32,000 nucleotides of DNA from Candidatus Saccharimonadota bacterium (GCF_003351905.1 NZ_CP022339.1:180001-212000); one strand, 5' to 3'; positions 17,297 to 26,236 are shown, counted from the stretch's first letter. Program-made: numbers and translations. Notes: a model not told the origin generated them from the sequence alone.

Positions 17297-19066
17297 ATGA
17301 TGAAAAAATTACCAATTGGGGTTAGTAATTTTCAAGAGTTAGTAAGAGGGGATTATCTTTTTTGTGATAAGACAGCTATGCTGTCTGAGTTCCTCAGTAA
17401 GGGAGACAAAGTTACTTTAATTGCCCGCCCTCGTCGTTGGGGCAAGACACTCAATATGTCTATGTTGCAGCATTTTTTTTCAGCAGAGGTTAGTGGCGTA
17501 AGTACAAAAGGTCTATTTGATGATTTAGCGATTAGTAAGTTAGATGGTGGTAACCACATTGATCAACATCAAGGTAAGTACCCTGTTATTATGCTAAGTT
17601 TTAAGGATGTTAATGCAGATAGTTTTCAGGGGGCCTACAATGCGGTGTATGAATTGATATCGACTCTTTATGAATCCTATACCTATTTATTTAATAGTGA
17701 TAAGGTTAATAAAATACAGCTAAACAAGCTGTATAAAATTGTAAACAATAAGGCTAATCAACAACAATTAGAATCTTCTCTAGAATTGCTTAGTAAATGC
17801 CTCTACCAACACCATGGTCAAAAGGTCTATATTTTGATAGATGAATACGATACCCCACTAAACAAAGCTTACGGTAATTCAGATTATTTAAACACTATGG
17901 TCGCATTTATGCGTAACCTGTTTAGTTCTGCCTTAAAAGATAATGACTATTTAGAAAGAGGTGTTTTAACGGGCATATTACGTGTTTCTAAGGATAGCAT
18001 GCTTTCTGGGTTGAACAATCTGGAGACCTATACCTTGCTAGATGAAGAATATAGCGCGCACTTTGGATTTAGTGAAATGGAAGTTTCCTATTTATTTGAA
18101 GCACATGGTCTTAGTACTGCTATAGAAGAAGTAAAAAGTTGGTACAATGGTTATAGGATAGGGAATTTGGTCATGTACAATCCATGGTCTATTATTTCTT
18201 GCATCAATAGATCAGGTCGTTTTGATGTCTATTGGGTAAATACCGGTAATAATAACTTAATCGAACAAAAGGTACTTACTGCTCATTCGGACATCAAAGA
18301 ACAATTCGAAGAGTTGATGCGGGGGGAGTCTTTGGATATATCTATCAACAAACACCTTGCTTTTGATATCCTAGATAAAGATGATACATCTTTTTGGAGT
18401 CTTTTGTTATTTGCTGGTTATTTGACCTTTGAAACCAGTAGTTTAAGTGCCTATACTACAGTATATGATTGTAAAGTAAGAGTACCCAATTATGAAATAT
18501 GGCGACTCTATAGTACATTTTTTCAAGAATGGTTCGTCAATCAGTTTAATAGAAAGCGGCAATATGATTCTTTTTTGAAACATTTGGTAGTTGGTGAGGT
18601 TCCTGCTTTTGTAGAACAGCTTAGCGACTTTTTACGTCGCAGTATGAGCTATTTTGATACAAAAAAAGGTAGCACATCAGAAGGCTTTTACCATGGTTTT
18701 GTGTTAGGAATGTTAGCAAGTTTGGGTATTACCCATTATATACGCTCTAATCGAGAAAGTGGTTTAGGTCGTTATGATCTGTTATTAATTCCTAAAAAAG
18801 AAAGTTTAAAAGCGCTTCTATTGGAATTTAAGCAGATACGTAAAGAAGAAGAACTAGAAAGTGTAGCTAAACTTGCTTTAGATCAAATACAAGCACAAGC
18901 CTATCATACTGAAATACTACAATATCCGCATGTAAAAGAAGTAGTAGAATGCGGTATTGCTTTTTCAGGAAAATCAGTTTTAGCTGCTTATTCTACCTAT
19001 AATCTGATTAACAAGCAAATCGGTGATGTTATTTTAACGAGTAAATATGGCCAGGAAGAGGAGTAG
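17297..19066 (+). CDS. Predicted AAA-ATPase (AAA-ATPase_like N-domain) fused to a PD-(D/E)XK nuclease (PDDEXK_9/DUF1703-type) C-domain
   Basis: MMKKLPIGVSNFQELVRGDYLFCDKTAMLSEFL...ARPRRWGKTLNMSMLQHFF is the typical N-terminus and P-loop of this family. The C-terminus SNRESGLGRYDLLLIPKK...ALLLEFK is the nuclease core. The ORF is open from 17228, but the family N-terminus suggests a start at 17297 or 17300. Confidence 0.75.
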   Translation: MMKKLPIGVSNFQELVRGDYLFCDKTAMLSEFLSKGDKVTLIARPRRWGKTLNMSMLQHFFSAEVSGVSTKGLFDDLAISKLDGGNHIDQHQGKYPVIMLSFKDVNADSFQGAYNAVYELISTLYESYTYLFNSDKVNKIQLNKLYKIVNNKANQQQLESSLELLSKCLYQHHGQKVYILIDEYDTPLNKAYGNSDYLNTMVAFMRNLFSSALKDNDYLERGVLTGILRVSKDSMLSGLNNLETYTLLDEEYSAHFGFSEMEVSYLFEAHGLSTAIEEVKSWYNGYRIGNLVMYNPWSIISCINRSGRFDVYWVNTGNNNLIEQKVLTAHSDIKEQFEELMRGESLDISINKHLAFDILDKDDTSFWSLLLFAGYLTFETSSLSAYTTVYDCKVRVPNYEIWRLYSTFFQEWFVNQFNRKRQYDSFLKHLVVGEVPAFVEQLSDFLRRSMSYFDTKKGSTSEGFYHGFVLGMLASLGITHYIRSNRESGLGRYDLLLIPKKESLKALLLEFKQIRKEEELESVAKLALDQIQAQAYHTEILQYPHVKEVVECGIAFSGKSVLAAYSTYNLINKQIGDVILTSKYGQEEE

Positions 19067-19359
19067 GAGTAACCTATTTACTATTTAATATTTTCCCTCC
19101 TGTTTGTGTAATGTGCCATTTAAATACCCAATTCTTTGCATAAGTTATTAACTTTTTTCCATAGTTGCTTGGGCTAAGCTTACCTGAAACTTATTTACAG
19201 CTAATTTTCCACCTCATTGTCTGCTCCTATCTCTGGCAACCCGCCAATCTATCGAACCTACATGTACGACGTACGATAGGTACTAAAACTAGCATCCGAT
19301 AGCGCATACTGCATCAATCCTTAACTTAACGTGTATGATTAGGAGGATGGTCTTATTTA

Positions 19360-19920
19360 TTAAGGCAGCTTTTTTTCTTCAAGAAATTTACTAGAAAAGA
19401 ACTTGCCAATTATGTAACCAATAGATGCTGCAATTATCGTTAAAAATAGATCTTTTTCTAGTTCTAGAAATAAAAACAGCACTGCTCTTTTCTGGTAGAC
19501 TACTAAAAATAGATCGAAGTAAAAAAGCAGATAGAGGCAGGTAAATAGCATCCATGTAGTGGAAATGGATTTTTCATCTTTTATTTTCTTAACCCAAAGC
19601 CCAAGCAGTATAAGGCCCCCCAATGAGAGTATCAGCAGTAAAAAAGAAAAAATTGGGTACAATAGAAGATTGGCTAAAACATTATAGCAAAGTGCTAACC
19701 CACCTAATATGTTTTGAATGACCCCTTCTGCATGGGTATCCTTTTTGAGTATCTCATCGAGCGAATCAGATGGCGTATCTTGTGTAGTATCTGACTCAGC
19801 GTCTAACGTTGTAGATGGTGAGGTTTGGTCTACTACATCTTGTGATCCAATTGCATGATCCGATTTAAAATTAGTTGCTATACATACAACCATACTCAAT
19901 AAATAGGGTAAGAGGCGCAT
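19360..19920 (-). CDS. Hypothetical multi-pass membrane protein (signal peptide, acidic Ser/Thr/Asp-rich linker, about 4 TM helices)
   Basis: 186-aa ORF, divergent from the baseplate gene. It has a hydrophobic N-terminus, then a low-complexity DQTSPSTTLDAESDTTQDTPSDS stretch, then helices such as ILGGLALCYNVLANLLLYPIFSFLLLILSLGGLILLGLWV. I recognise no family for it. Confidence 0.5.
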   Translation of the reverse strand: MRLLPYLLSMVVCIATNFKSDHAIGSQDVVDQTSPSTTLDAESDTTQDTPSDSLDEILKKDTHAEGVIQNILGGLALCYNVLANLLLYPIFSFLLLILSLGGLILLGLWVKKIKDEKSISTTWMLFTCLYLLFYFDLFLVVYQKRAVLFLFLELEKDLFLTIIAASIGYIIGKFFSSKFLEEKKLP

Positions 19921-20053
19921 AAATTTTAAGCTTAATTACTTTTTTATAAGTGGTTTTTAGGTTAGATTGCTGTCGAGGTATGCTGATTATCTAATGGATC
20001 ACCTCCTTTTGCTCAATATCTTAATTTTTGGAAAAAGATCATAGTTTAAATGT

Positions 20054-23000
20054 ATGCATATTCAAAAAAAGCTTAATATTTTATTTGCCAGAAGAGGCAC
20101 CTGCCACACTGAACGCCTGCTACCTGAATTAGTAGACAACAACCTATTGATTAGTGATAGACAATTTAGTGATCACCTCCGATTCCTCTATCTATACACG
20201 GACTTATTGGCCTACTACGATAACAATAACCAAAGAATAGATCAAAATGTTTGGCGAAAATTTTTAGAACAGGATGATACCGTCATACGTTCCCTCATTC
20301 TACACACCAATATCGATACCTTAAAGAAACGTATCCATAAAGATTTTTTAACCCTGCGGCGGAACCCTACAGGCATTGCAGATGCCCACTCCATGCACCA
20401 TATATTGGTGGTGGCGCAAGACTTAATCATCTTACTAGATTATTGGTATAACAATCTATCTAATGAAGATGTAGTGCGCGCAAAATTAGATGCCATTATA
20501 CATGAGGAAATCAATATCCATATCAGTAAACTATACAAGATTCTACAACAACATCGCAAAGCCAGTTCTATTCAATCTTTTATCAACTTTTCTGTTTTTC
20601 TCCATCAGAAGTGTCTTAATGCTTCCTTATGGCGCTTAAGCAAGGAACTGGTTTATGATGAAACCAATGGCATGGAACCCAATGATGAGCAAGTGATCGA
20701 TATTTTCGATGATTTTTTTGATGCTGTTTTTAATACCATTTATAAACTCAAGGAGCTGGCTGCTAGCGATTATTTTGATACCCTTTTCTCGCAAAATAAA
20801 GAACCACATGTAGCACTTTTGATTGCTTTTCTCCAGCTGCTACAGTATGCAGATGGGCATCTTAATTACATTCCACAAAGAACGCTAGAGCACTATTATA
20901 GGCATGTGCTCAAATTTAATAACAACCCTTCCATTCCAGATCAGGCGTATGTCCACTTTTTACTGAGTCCCAATCAGCCATTCGCCTTTGTACCAGAGGG
21001 GAGCCTTTTGGTTGCAAAAAACCCAGTTAATGGGGAAGATATTTTGTTTGAAACGAAAAGAAATATAACAGTAAATAAAGCTAGGCTTGCTCAGATTAAT
21101 ACGTTGCTGATTACTAAAAAATTGGATAAAGAAGGCTATAAAACAGTTGAATTAGCTACCACTACCTACAATGGTGAGCTATTGCAAACGCTTCCCTTTC
21201 AACTGTTCCCTACATCACAAAACAATGATGCCATCAAACAGCAGTCCAATGAACAATTGGCCGTATTTGTTGGCTCGCCCTTATTTCACCTTGCCGAAGG
21301 TATGCGCACCATTCATATAAAGTGGAAATTTACCTTTGAATCCTTTCAGATATTAATCAATCGCAACCCAAATAAGAAGGTTCCTACTACAGCCTTTTTA
21401 AAGCAAGTGTCAGATATGCTTTATGCCATGTCACAGGTACATATTACTACTAAAGAGGGATGGCTCGGTATACCGGAAGAGGCTATAGCATTGGAATTTA
21501 TTGATGAAGCGCGTTGCCTACATATGACTATATCTTTAGATACAGAAGTACCCCCTATGGCGATGTTACCTGCTGGATACCAGGGTGGCGTAGTAGATCC
21601 TGGTACGCCTTCGGTATCTGTTGGCATACGCAATGGGGCATCCCTTACTGGCTTGTACATTTTAAATGGTTTATTGCTTGAAACAATAGACCTAAAGGTT
21701 AGGGTAGAGGGGTATCGTGGATTAGTACTGCAAAATCAATTAGGTATTATTGATAATAGTCAAATTTTTGAACCTTTTGGACCACTGGCCAAACTAGATA
21801 GCAGCTTTTACATAGGTAGTGGCGAAATCTTCTCTAAGAATCTCACTGATTTAAAAATATATATTAAATGGGATAGCCTCCCTACTGTAGACGGAGGATT
21901 TAAGTCGTATTATGATGCCTATCCTACCAAGGTAAATAATGATGATTTTAAAGTAAATATTGCTTATTTAAATCATCAGCACTGGAATCCATCTTACGCC
22001 CACAATAGGCAAGTAGTACCTTTGTTTCAGGTTGTAAAAAATAACAAAGGTAGTGAGCAATTGGATTATCTTAGAACCATTAGTGACATTGACGTAGCTG
22101 CATTACGGACTACTAAAACAAACCAACCCTTAGATGTTACCGTCTATGGACCCAAAACAGTAGCTGGTTTTTTAAAATTACAACTATGTGCACCAGAACA
22201 AGCCTTTGGTCATGCCATCTATCCTGGCCTGATGAGTAGTGTGCTGGTTAAAAATGCGCAGAAAAAGAAAGAGGAAGCTATAACAGTATTAAATGAACCT
22301 TATACCCCTCGCATAAAATCTATTACAGTTGATTATGAAGCAGAAGAATCTATGGTATTAACTTCTCCTCCTGGGGAAGAAGAAGAAAAATACCTCAATA
22401 GTTTTTTTCATATTTCTTCTTTTGGCTATTTAAAAACATTTCCCAGCAAGTTAACCACTCCACCTACATTGTTGCCATTGATAGAGCAGAAAGAATCATT
22501 TATCGCTTTTGGCATAGCAGATCTAAATAGTACCCATTTGTCTATACATATAGCTATTGGTGAAAATAGTCCAGATCAAGAAACCCAACAACCCAAATGG
22601 TTTTACTTGTCTGACAATATCTGGTTACCCTTGGAGGAAGCGATTGTGGTAGACGGGACAGATGGATTATCTAAATCTGGTATTATGATTTTTGACTTAG
22701 CGAATTTACCAGTCCCAGTGCGTCAAAATAATACCCGTATGACCCCAGCATTAACCTGGATTAAAGCACAATTTATGGATAAAAAAGGCGCCTTATCCAC
22801 TATAGTTGGGGTCTATACGCAAGCCGTTGCCGTGTCAAGGGTTATGGATAAAAATGGTGTTTTTTCTGCTCCAATACTACCTGCAAAAGCGATTCAAGCA
22901 TTCCAGAATCCTGTAGAGGGCATTGAGTGGGTCTTACAACCTTTTGGAACCTTTGGTGGAAGGCAATTTGAAAATCATCAAGCTTTCTACAGACGGGTTA

Positions 23001-23830
23001 GTGAGCGCTTAAGGCATAAAAATAGAGCAATATCGGTGTGGGACTATGAACGCATTGTGCTTGAAAAATTCCCAGAAATTTTCAAAGTAAAATGTATCAA
23101 CCATACCGCTAAAAGCACAAATAACATGGTGAACCCTGGTCATATCACCATTGTAGTTATGGCTAAAGCAAATCCTAGCCTAGACATTCCTTTCGTTAGT
23201 AGAGATCTTTTAACTGAGATTAAAACCTATATTCAAGGTGTCAGTACGCCATTTATAAAGTGTGAAGTGGTCAACCCTATTTATGAAGATGTTAAAGTTA
23301 ACGTTACAGTTAAGTTTAAAGCTGGATATGAAAAAGGATTATTCTTAAATTTGTTATACCAGGATTTACATAACTTTTTTTCTCCTTGGTTATTTGATCC
23401 ATCAGCGGATGTCCAGTTAGGTGGAAATATACCTACTTCTAAAATTATAGACTTTATTAATAACCGTTATTATGTAGAAGGCATAGGAAATTTTTCTATA
23501 TTAAAATATTGTGGTCACACCAAAGACTTAAAACTAGATAAGGTAACCACTTACGATAGTCATTTATTTGCCGGTTATCCATGGTCTGTTATGGTTTCTT
23601 CCAAAAATCATAAAATAGCTGTGGTAGATACATTCGATGCTGCTGTTAAGTTGCGCCATGGCAGTATCGGAGATATGGCGATTTCTGAAGATTTTATAGT
23701 AGGTCCATGGGAGCGTCCTAAGCCAGAGGAGCATATACCATGTATAGATCAAGATATACCCATACCAAGTTTAGAAGAATACTGTTTAATCACCAAAAAA
23801 TATATTAGAACTGATCATGGCAATCACTAG
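20054..23830 (+). CDS. Large contractile-injection-system baseplate wedge protein (Baseplate_J / gp6-like; Afp11/12- or Cis11/12-type)
   Basis: 1258 aa. The C-terminal block FGGRQFENHQAFYRRVSERLRHKNRAISVWDYERIVLEKFPEIFKVKC (22949..23107) fits the baseplate-J hallmark (GG..E....R....R.RA[VI][TS]..DYE). The N-terminal block PHVALLIAFLQLLQYADGHLNYIPQRTLEHYYRHVLKF...PDQAYVHF...VPEGSLLVA is typical of the long eCIS wedge subunits as I remember them. Confidence 0.7.
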   Translation: MHIQKKLNILFARRGTCHTERLLPELVDNNLLISDRQFSDHLRFLYLYTDLLAYYDNNNQRIDQNVWRKFLEQDDTVIRSLILHTNIDTLKKRIHKDFLTLRRNPTGIADAHSMHHILVVAQDLIILLDYWYNNLSNEDVVRAKLDAIIHEEINIHISKLYKILQQHRKASSIQSFINFSVFLHQKCLNASLWRLSKELVYDETNGMEPNDEQVIDIFDDFFDAVFNTIYKLKELAASDYFDTLFSQNKEPHVALLIAFLQLLQYADGHLNYIPQRTLEHYYRHVLKFNNNPSIPDQAYVHFLLSPNQPFAFVPEGSLLVAKNPVNGEDILFETKRNITVNKARLAQINTLLITKKLDKEGYKTVELATTTYNGELLQTLPFQLFPTSQNNDAIKQQSNEQLAVFVGSPLFHLAEGMRTIHIKWKFTFESFQILINRNPNKKVPTTAFLKQVSDMLYAMSQVHITTKEGWLGIPEEAIALEFIDEARCLHMTISLDTEVPPMAMLPAGYQGGVVDPGTPSVSVGIRNGASLTGLYILNGLLLETIDLKVRVEGYRGLVLQNQLGIIDNSQIFEPFGPLAKLDSSFYIGSGEIFSKNLTDLKIYIKWDSLPTVDGGFKSYYDAYPTKVNNDDFKVNIAYLNHQHWNPSYAHNRQVVPLFQVVKNNKGSEQLDYLRTISDIDVAALRTTKTNQPLDVTVYGPKTVAGFLKLQLCAPEQAFGHAIYPGLMSSVLVKNAQKKKEEAITVLNEPYTPRIKSITVDYEAEESMVLTSPPGEEEEKYLNSFFHISSFGYLKTFPSKLTTPPTLLPLIEQKESFIAFGIADLNSTHLSIHIAIGENSPDQETQQPKWFYLSDNIWLPLEEAIVVDGTDGLSKSGIMIFDLANLPVPVRQNNTRMTPALTWIKAQFMDKKGALSTIVGVYTQAVAVSRVMDKNGVFSAPILPAKAIQAFQNPVEGIEWVLQPFGTFGGRQFENHQAFYRRVSERLRHKNRAISVWDYERIVLEKFPEIFKVKCINHTAKSTNNMVNPGHITIVVMAKANPSLDIPFVSRDLLTEIKTYIQGVSTPFIKCEVVNPIYEDVKVNVTVKFKAGYEKGLFLNLLYQDLHNFFSPWLFDPSADVQLGGNIPTSKIIDFINNRYYVEGIGNFSILKYCGHTKDLKLDKVTTYDSHLFAGYPWSVMVSSKNHKIAVVDTFDAAVKLRHGSIGDMAISEDFIVGPWERPKPEEHIPCIDQDIPIPSLEEYCLITKKYIRTDHGNH

Positions 23831-24557
23831 TAGAGAGGCACTAAAGAAAAGCTTTGAAAAAGGATCTATCCCTACCCAACGTGATTTTGAGGATTTGATA
23901 GACTCCATGTTTCATAAGCAAGATGATAAGATTATTTCTCAGGATCATGGCTTAAGTTTATCTCCTAAAGGGAGTTCCGCTAAGTTGATAACATTTTTCA
24001 ATAATTTGAACGATTTTAAACCTACTTGGAGCATTGAACAATACCCCAAAAATACCCCAGATTTTGGATTTAATCTTGTTGATAAGCAAGGGGAGAGTAA
24101 GCTGCTTATTCAAGCGAATGGACATGTTGGCATAGGTACAACCAATCCATCGGAAAGATTAACCGTAAATGGCAATGTCAGCATGCATGGACGTAGGGGT
24201 ACGTATACTTCTGGTACAGTGCCTGGTGACGGTAATTGGTATAATATTACCCCTCCATTAAATGCATGCCATGCATTTGAAGTCATCGCTAAAATTGGTA
24301 AGCAAGGACGTGGTTTATATGCTATGACCCATGCTATCGCACTAAGTACATTTGGAGATTCCAGTAATAAGATTGATGCTGTAAAGGCCTATTATGGTAG
24401 TTTCAGAAATAAAATTAATCTTCGCTGGGTTGGAGATACCTTTAATTATACATTGCAAATAAAAACCCAACGTGATTATGGAGAGGGGAGTCTGATTAAA
24501 TATTATGTGACCAATTTGTGGTGGGAAGAAGAAGAATATGAAGCCGTCCAGCAATAA
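23817..24557 (+). CDS. Short tail-fibre/receptor-binding-like protein, translationally coupled to the baseplate gene
   Basis: Its ATG overlaps the upstream stop by 14 nt (atggcaatcactag). The N-terminus LKKSFEKGSIPTQRDFEDLIDSMFHK resembles the conserved N-terminal adaptor of Bacteroidota tail-fibre proteins. NGHVGIGTTNPSERLTVNGNV (24117..24179) is the GxVGIGTT.PS.KL.V.G motif seen in tail-fibre-like proteins. Confidence 0.5.
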   Translation: MAITSREALKKSFEKGSIPTQRDFEDLIDSMFHKQDDKIISQDHGLSLSPKGSSAKLITFFNNLNDFKPTWSIEQYPKNTPDFGFNLVDKQGESKLLIQANGHVGIGTTNPSERLTVNGNVSMHGRRGTYTSGTVPGDGNWYNITPPLNACHAFEVIAKIGKQGRGLYAMTHAIALSTFGDSSNKIDAVKAYYGSFRNKINLRWVGDTFNYTLQIKTQRDYGEGSLIKYYVTNLWWEEEEYEAVQQ

Positions 24558-24730
24558 TAAATGTGTGATGCATGTATCATCTTGTTTTTATGGTAGTTTC
24601 TACTATGTTTCTTAAGGCCTCACTATTCGCTATATGGTTTGCGTTTTATGGGTAGATATATAAAAAACCAAGAAACTTTCTTAAATTAGTAGATAGTTCT
24701 ATAGAAAGCATTATACCATTTAATATACTT

Positions 24731-25000
24731 ATGAAAAAAGAGATTCATCCAGCATATAGGCCAGTTGTTTTTTTAGATACTTCTAGTGGTGCTAAGTTTA
24801 TGACCCGCTCTACCATATCTACCTCAGAAACCATTGAGTGGGAGGATAAAAAAACATATCCTTTATTCAAAGTGGAGGTTAGTTATGTGTCACATCCTTT
24901 TTATACAGGGAAGAAAATTTTTGTAGATACAGCAGGTAGGATTGAACGTTTCAATCAAAAATATAAAAAGAAAAATACAGCTGCTCTAGCAAATCAATAA
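24731..25000 (+). CDS. rpmE2: 50S ribosomal protein L31 type B
   Basis: [15 protein letters not shown]......F.TRST...........YP...[12 protein letters not shown]. There is no Cys zinc motif. Confidence 0.9.
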   Translation: MKKEIHPAYRPVVFLDTSSGAKFMTRSTISTSETIEWEDKKTYPLFKVEVSYVSHPFYTGKKIFVDTAGRIERFNQKYKKKNTAALANQ

Positions 25001-25001
25001 G

Positions 25002-25020
25002 CGCCTAATGCCTTTAGGCG
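25002..25020 (+). terminator. Candidate hairpin immediately after rpmE2 (cgcctaa-tgcct-ttaggcg)
   Basis: A 7-bp perfect stem starts 2 nt after the stop codon. No U-tract follows, so terminator function is uncertain. Confidence 0.3.
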
Positions 25021-25114
25021 GCAGTCACCATACTCTATGGCTTAAATTTTAAAATGGGTCGACCCTTAAGTGGAGGCTATTGCCTGAACGTATTCATTAA
25101 ATTTATTACTTGCC

Positions 25115-26236
25115 ATGCAATTTGCAGAGATACCTGAGCACCATGTTTTTAAAAACACTTTAATAAACATGGCGCTTACAGGTAGGGTAGCGCATGCGCA
25201 GCTTTTTGTAGGTCCTGTTGGTTCTGCGAATCTTGCTTTAGCATTAGCCTTTGCGACTTATTTAAATTGCAGTTCCCGTCAGGAAGCGGATGCTTGTGGC
25301 CGTTGTTTTTCTTGTATCAACATGGCGCAATTTACCCATCCAGACGTGCAGTTGGTATTTCCTAAAAAATCAAGTGGTGCTGTTTTGGAAGCACCATCAG
25401 CTTATTTAGAAGCATTTCGTAATTGTCTTAAGGAAAATCCTTTTTTAACCCTGGAGGAATGGTCTAGTGCCATGCATTATGATGGTAACCAGTGTCAGAT
25501 TAGTAGGAGAGATGCCAGTTCCATTAACCAACAACTTAGCTTAAAACCTTTTATTGGCCCCTATAAAATCGTCTGTATATGGCTGCCAGAATATTTGCAT
25601 CATACAGCAGCTAACGCACTGTTGAAAACCTTAGAAGAGCCCCCCGTAGATACTGTTTTTTTGTTGGTCAGTTCTAATAGTGATCAAGTCATATCCACCA
25701 TTAGGTCCCGAAGCCAACAGCATACGATTCCCCCTTGTTCAGAAGCAGCTATTCAACAGCTTTTATGCAGTAAGCATAAGGCATTAGATGCGGATCGATG
25801 CAAAGCAATAGCCTGCTTAGCCGAAGGGAATCTATATAAAGCTTTTCAATTGGTTGAGCAAGATGTTGAAGCCCATTTTGAGCAGTTTAGCCATTGGATG
25901 CGTAGTTGTTATAGGGGTGATTTGATTAAATTGGTGGGGTATTCTGAAGCATTTTACAAACTATCTTCTGATGCACAAAAAGCTTTTTTTGCTTACGCAC
26001 TACAACTGATCAGGGTCATTTTATTAGCCAAGTTGGGCTACCCGCTTTTACACATACAACCAACTGGTGAAGCAACGTTTTGTAAAAAATTTGGCCTTAC
26101 TGTGACCATACATCAATTGAAAGAAATGGTTACACAATTGATGCAGGCATATTATTATTTAGAACGTAATGGCCATGCAAAAATGGTTTATACCCATCTG
26201 TCTACTCAAATTGTACATATTTTTGGCGCTGTTTAG
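25115..26236 (+). CDS. holB: DNA polymerase III subunit delta prime
   Basis: GRVAHAQLFVGPVGSANLALALAFATYLNC...CGRCFSC......HPDV is the degenerate P-loop plus zinc module. ANALLKTLEEPP and SRSQ sensor motifs are also present. Confidence 0.85.
   Translation: MQFAEIPEHHVFKNTLINMALTGRVAHAQLFVGPVGSANLALALAFATYLNCSSRQEADACGRCFSCINMAQFTHPDVQLVFPKKSSGAVLEAPSAYLEAFRNCLKENPFLTLEEWSSAMHYDGNQCQISRRDASSINQQLSLKPFIGPYKIVCIWLPEYLHHTAANALLKTLEEPPVDTVFLLVSSNSDQVISTIRSRSQQHTIPPCSEAAIQQLLCSKHKALDADRCKAIACLAEGNLYKAFQLVEQDVEAHFEQFSHWMRSCYRGDLIKLVGYSEAFYKLSSDAQKAFFAYALQLIRVILLAKLGYPLLHIQPTGEATFCKKFGLTVTIHQLKEMVTQLMQAYYYLERNGHAKMVYTHLSTQIVHIFGAV

Noticed and set aside
17297-19066. Possibility that the P-loop protein is the Afp15-type AAA+ assembly ATPase of the injection system.
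   Set aside because: Its N-terminal motif and PD-(D/E)XK C-domain identify a different family (predicted AAA-ATPase/PDDEXK_9), not a classical Cdc48-like AAA+ protein. It is also separated from the baseplate gene by an oppositely oriented gene.
19990-20053. Bacteroidota-type promoter (TTTG at -33, TAnnTTTG at -7) upstream of the baseplate gene, at ccttttgc...cttaatttttgg.
   Set aside because: The -7 candidate reads AAttTTTG rather than TAnnTTTG, and its spacing to the TTTG is about 11 nt rather than about 19. It is only a near match.
20054-24557. Possibility that the baseplate genes mark a prophage or a complete eCIS island.
   Set aside because: No capsid, terminase, portal, sheath, tube, spike, tape-measure or integrase genes occur anywhere in the window. 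Only the two-gene (possibly three-gene) module is present, so I report it as a detached module.
24731-25000. L31 lacking the CxxC zinc motif, considered as a sign of a zinc-starvation paralogue.
   Set aside because: Type B L31 is the normal form in many Bacteroidota. With no second copy visible, there is nothing unusual to claim.
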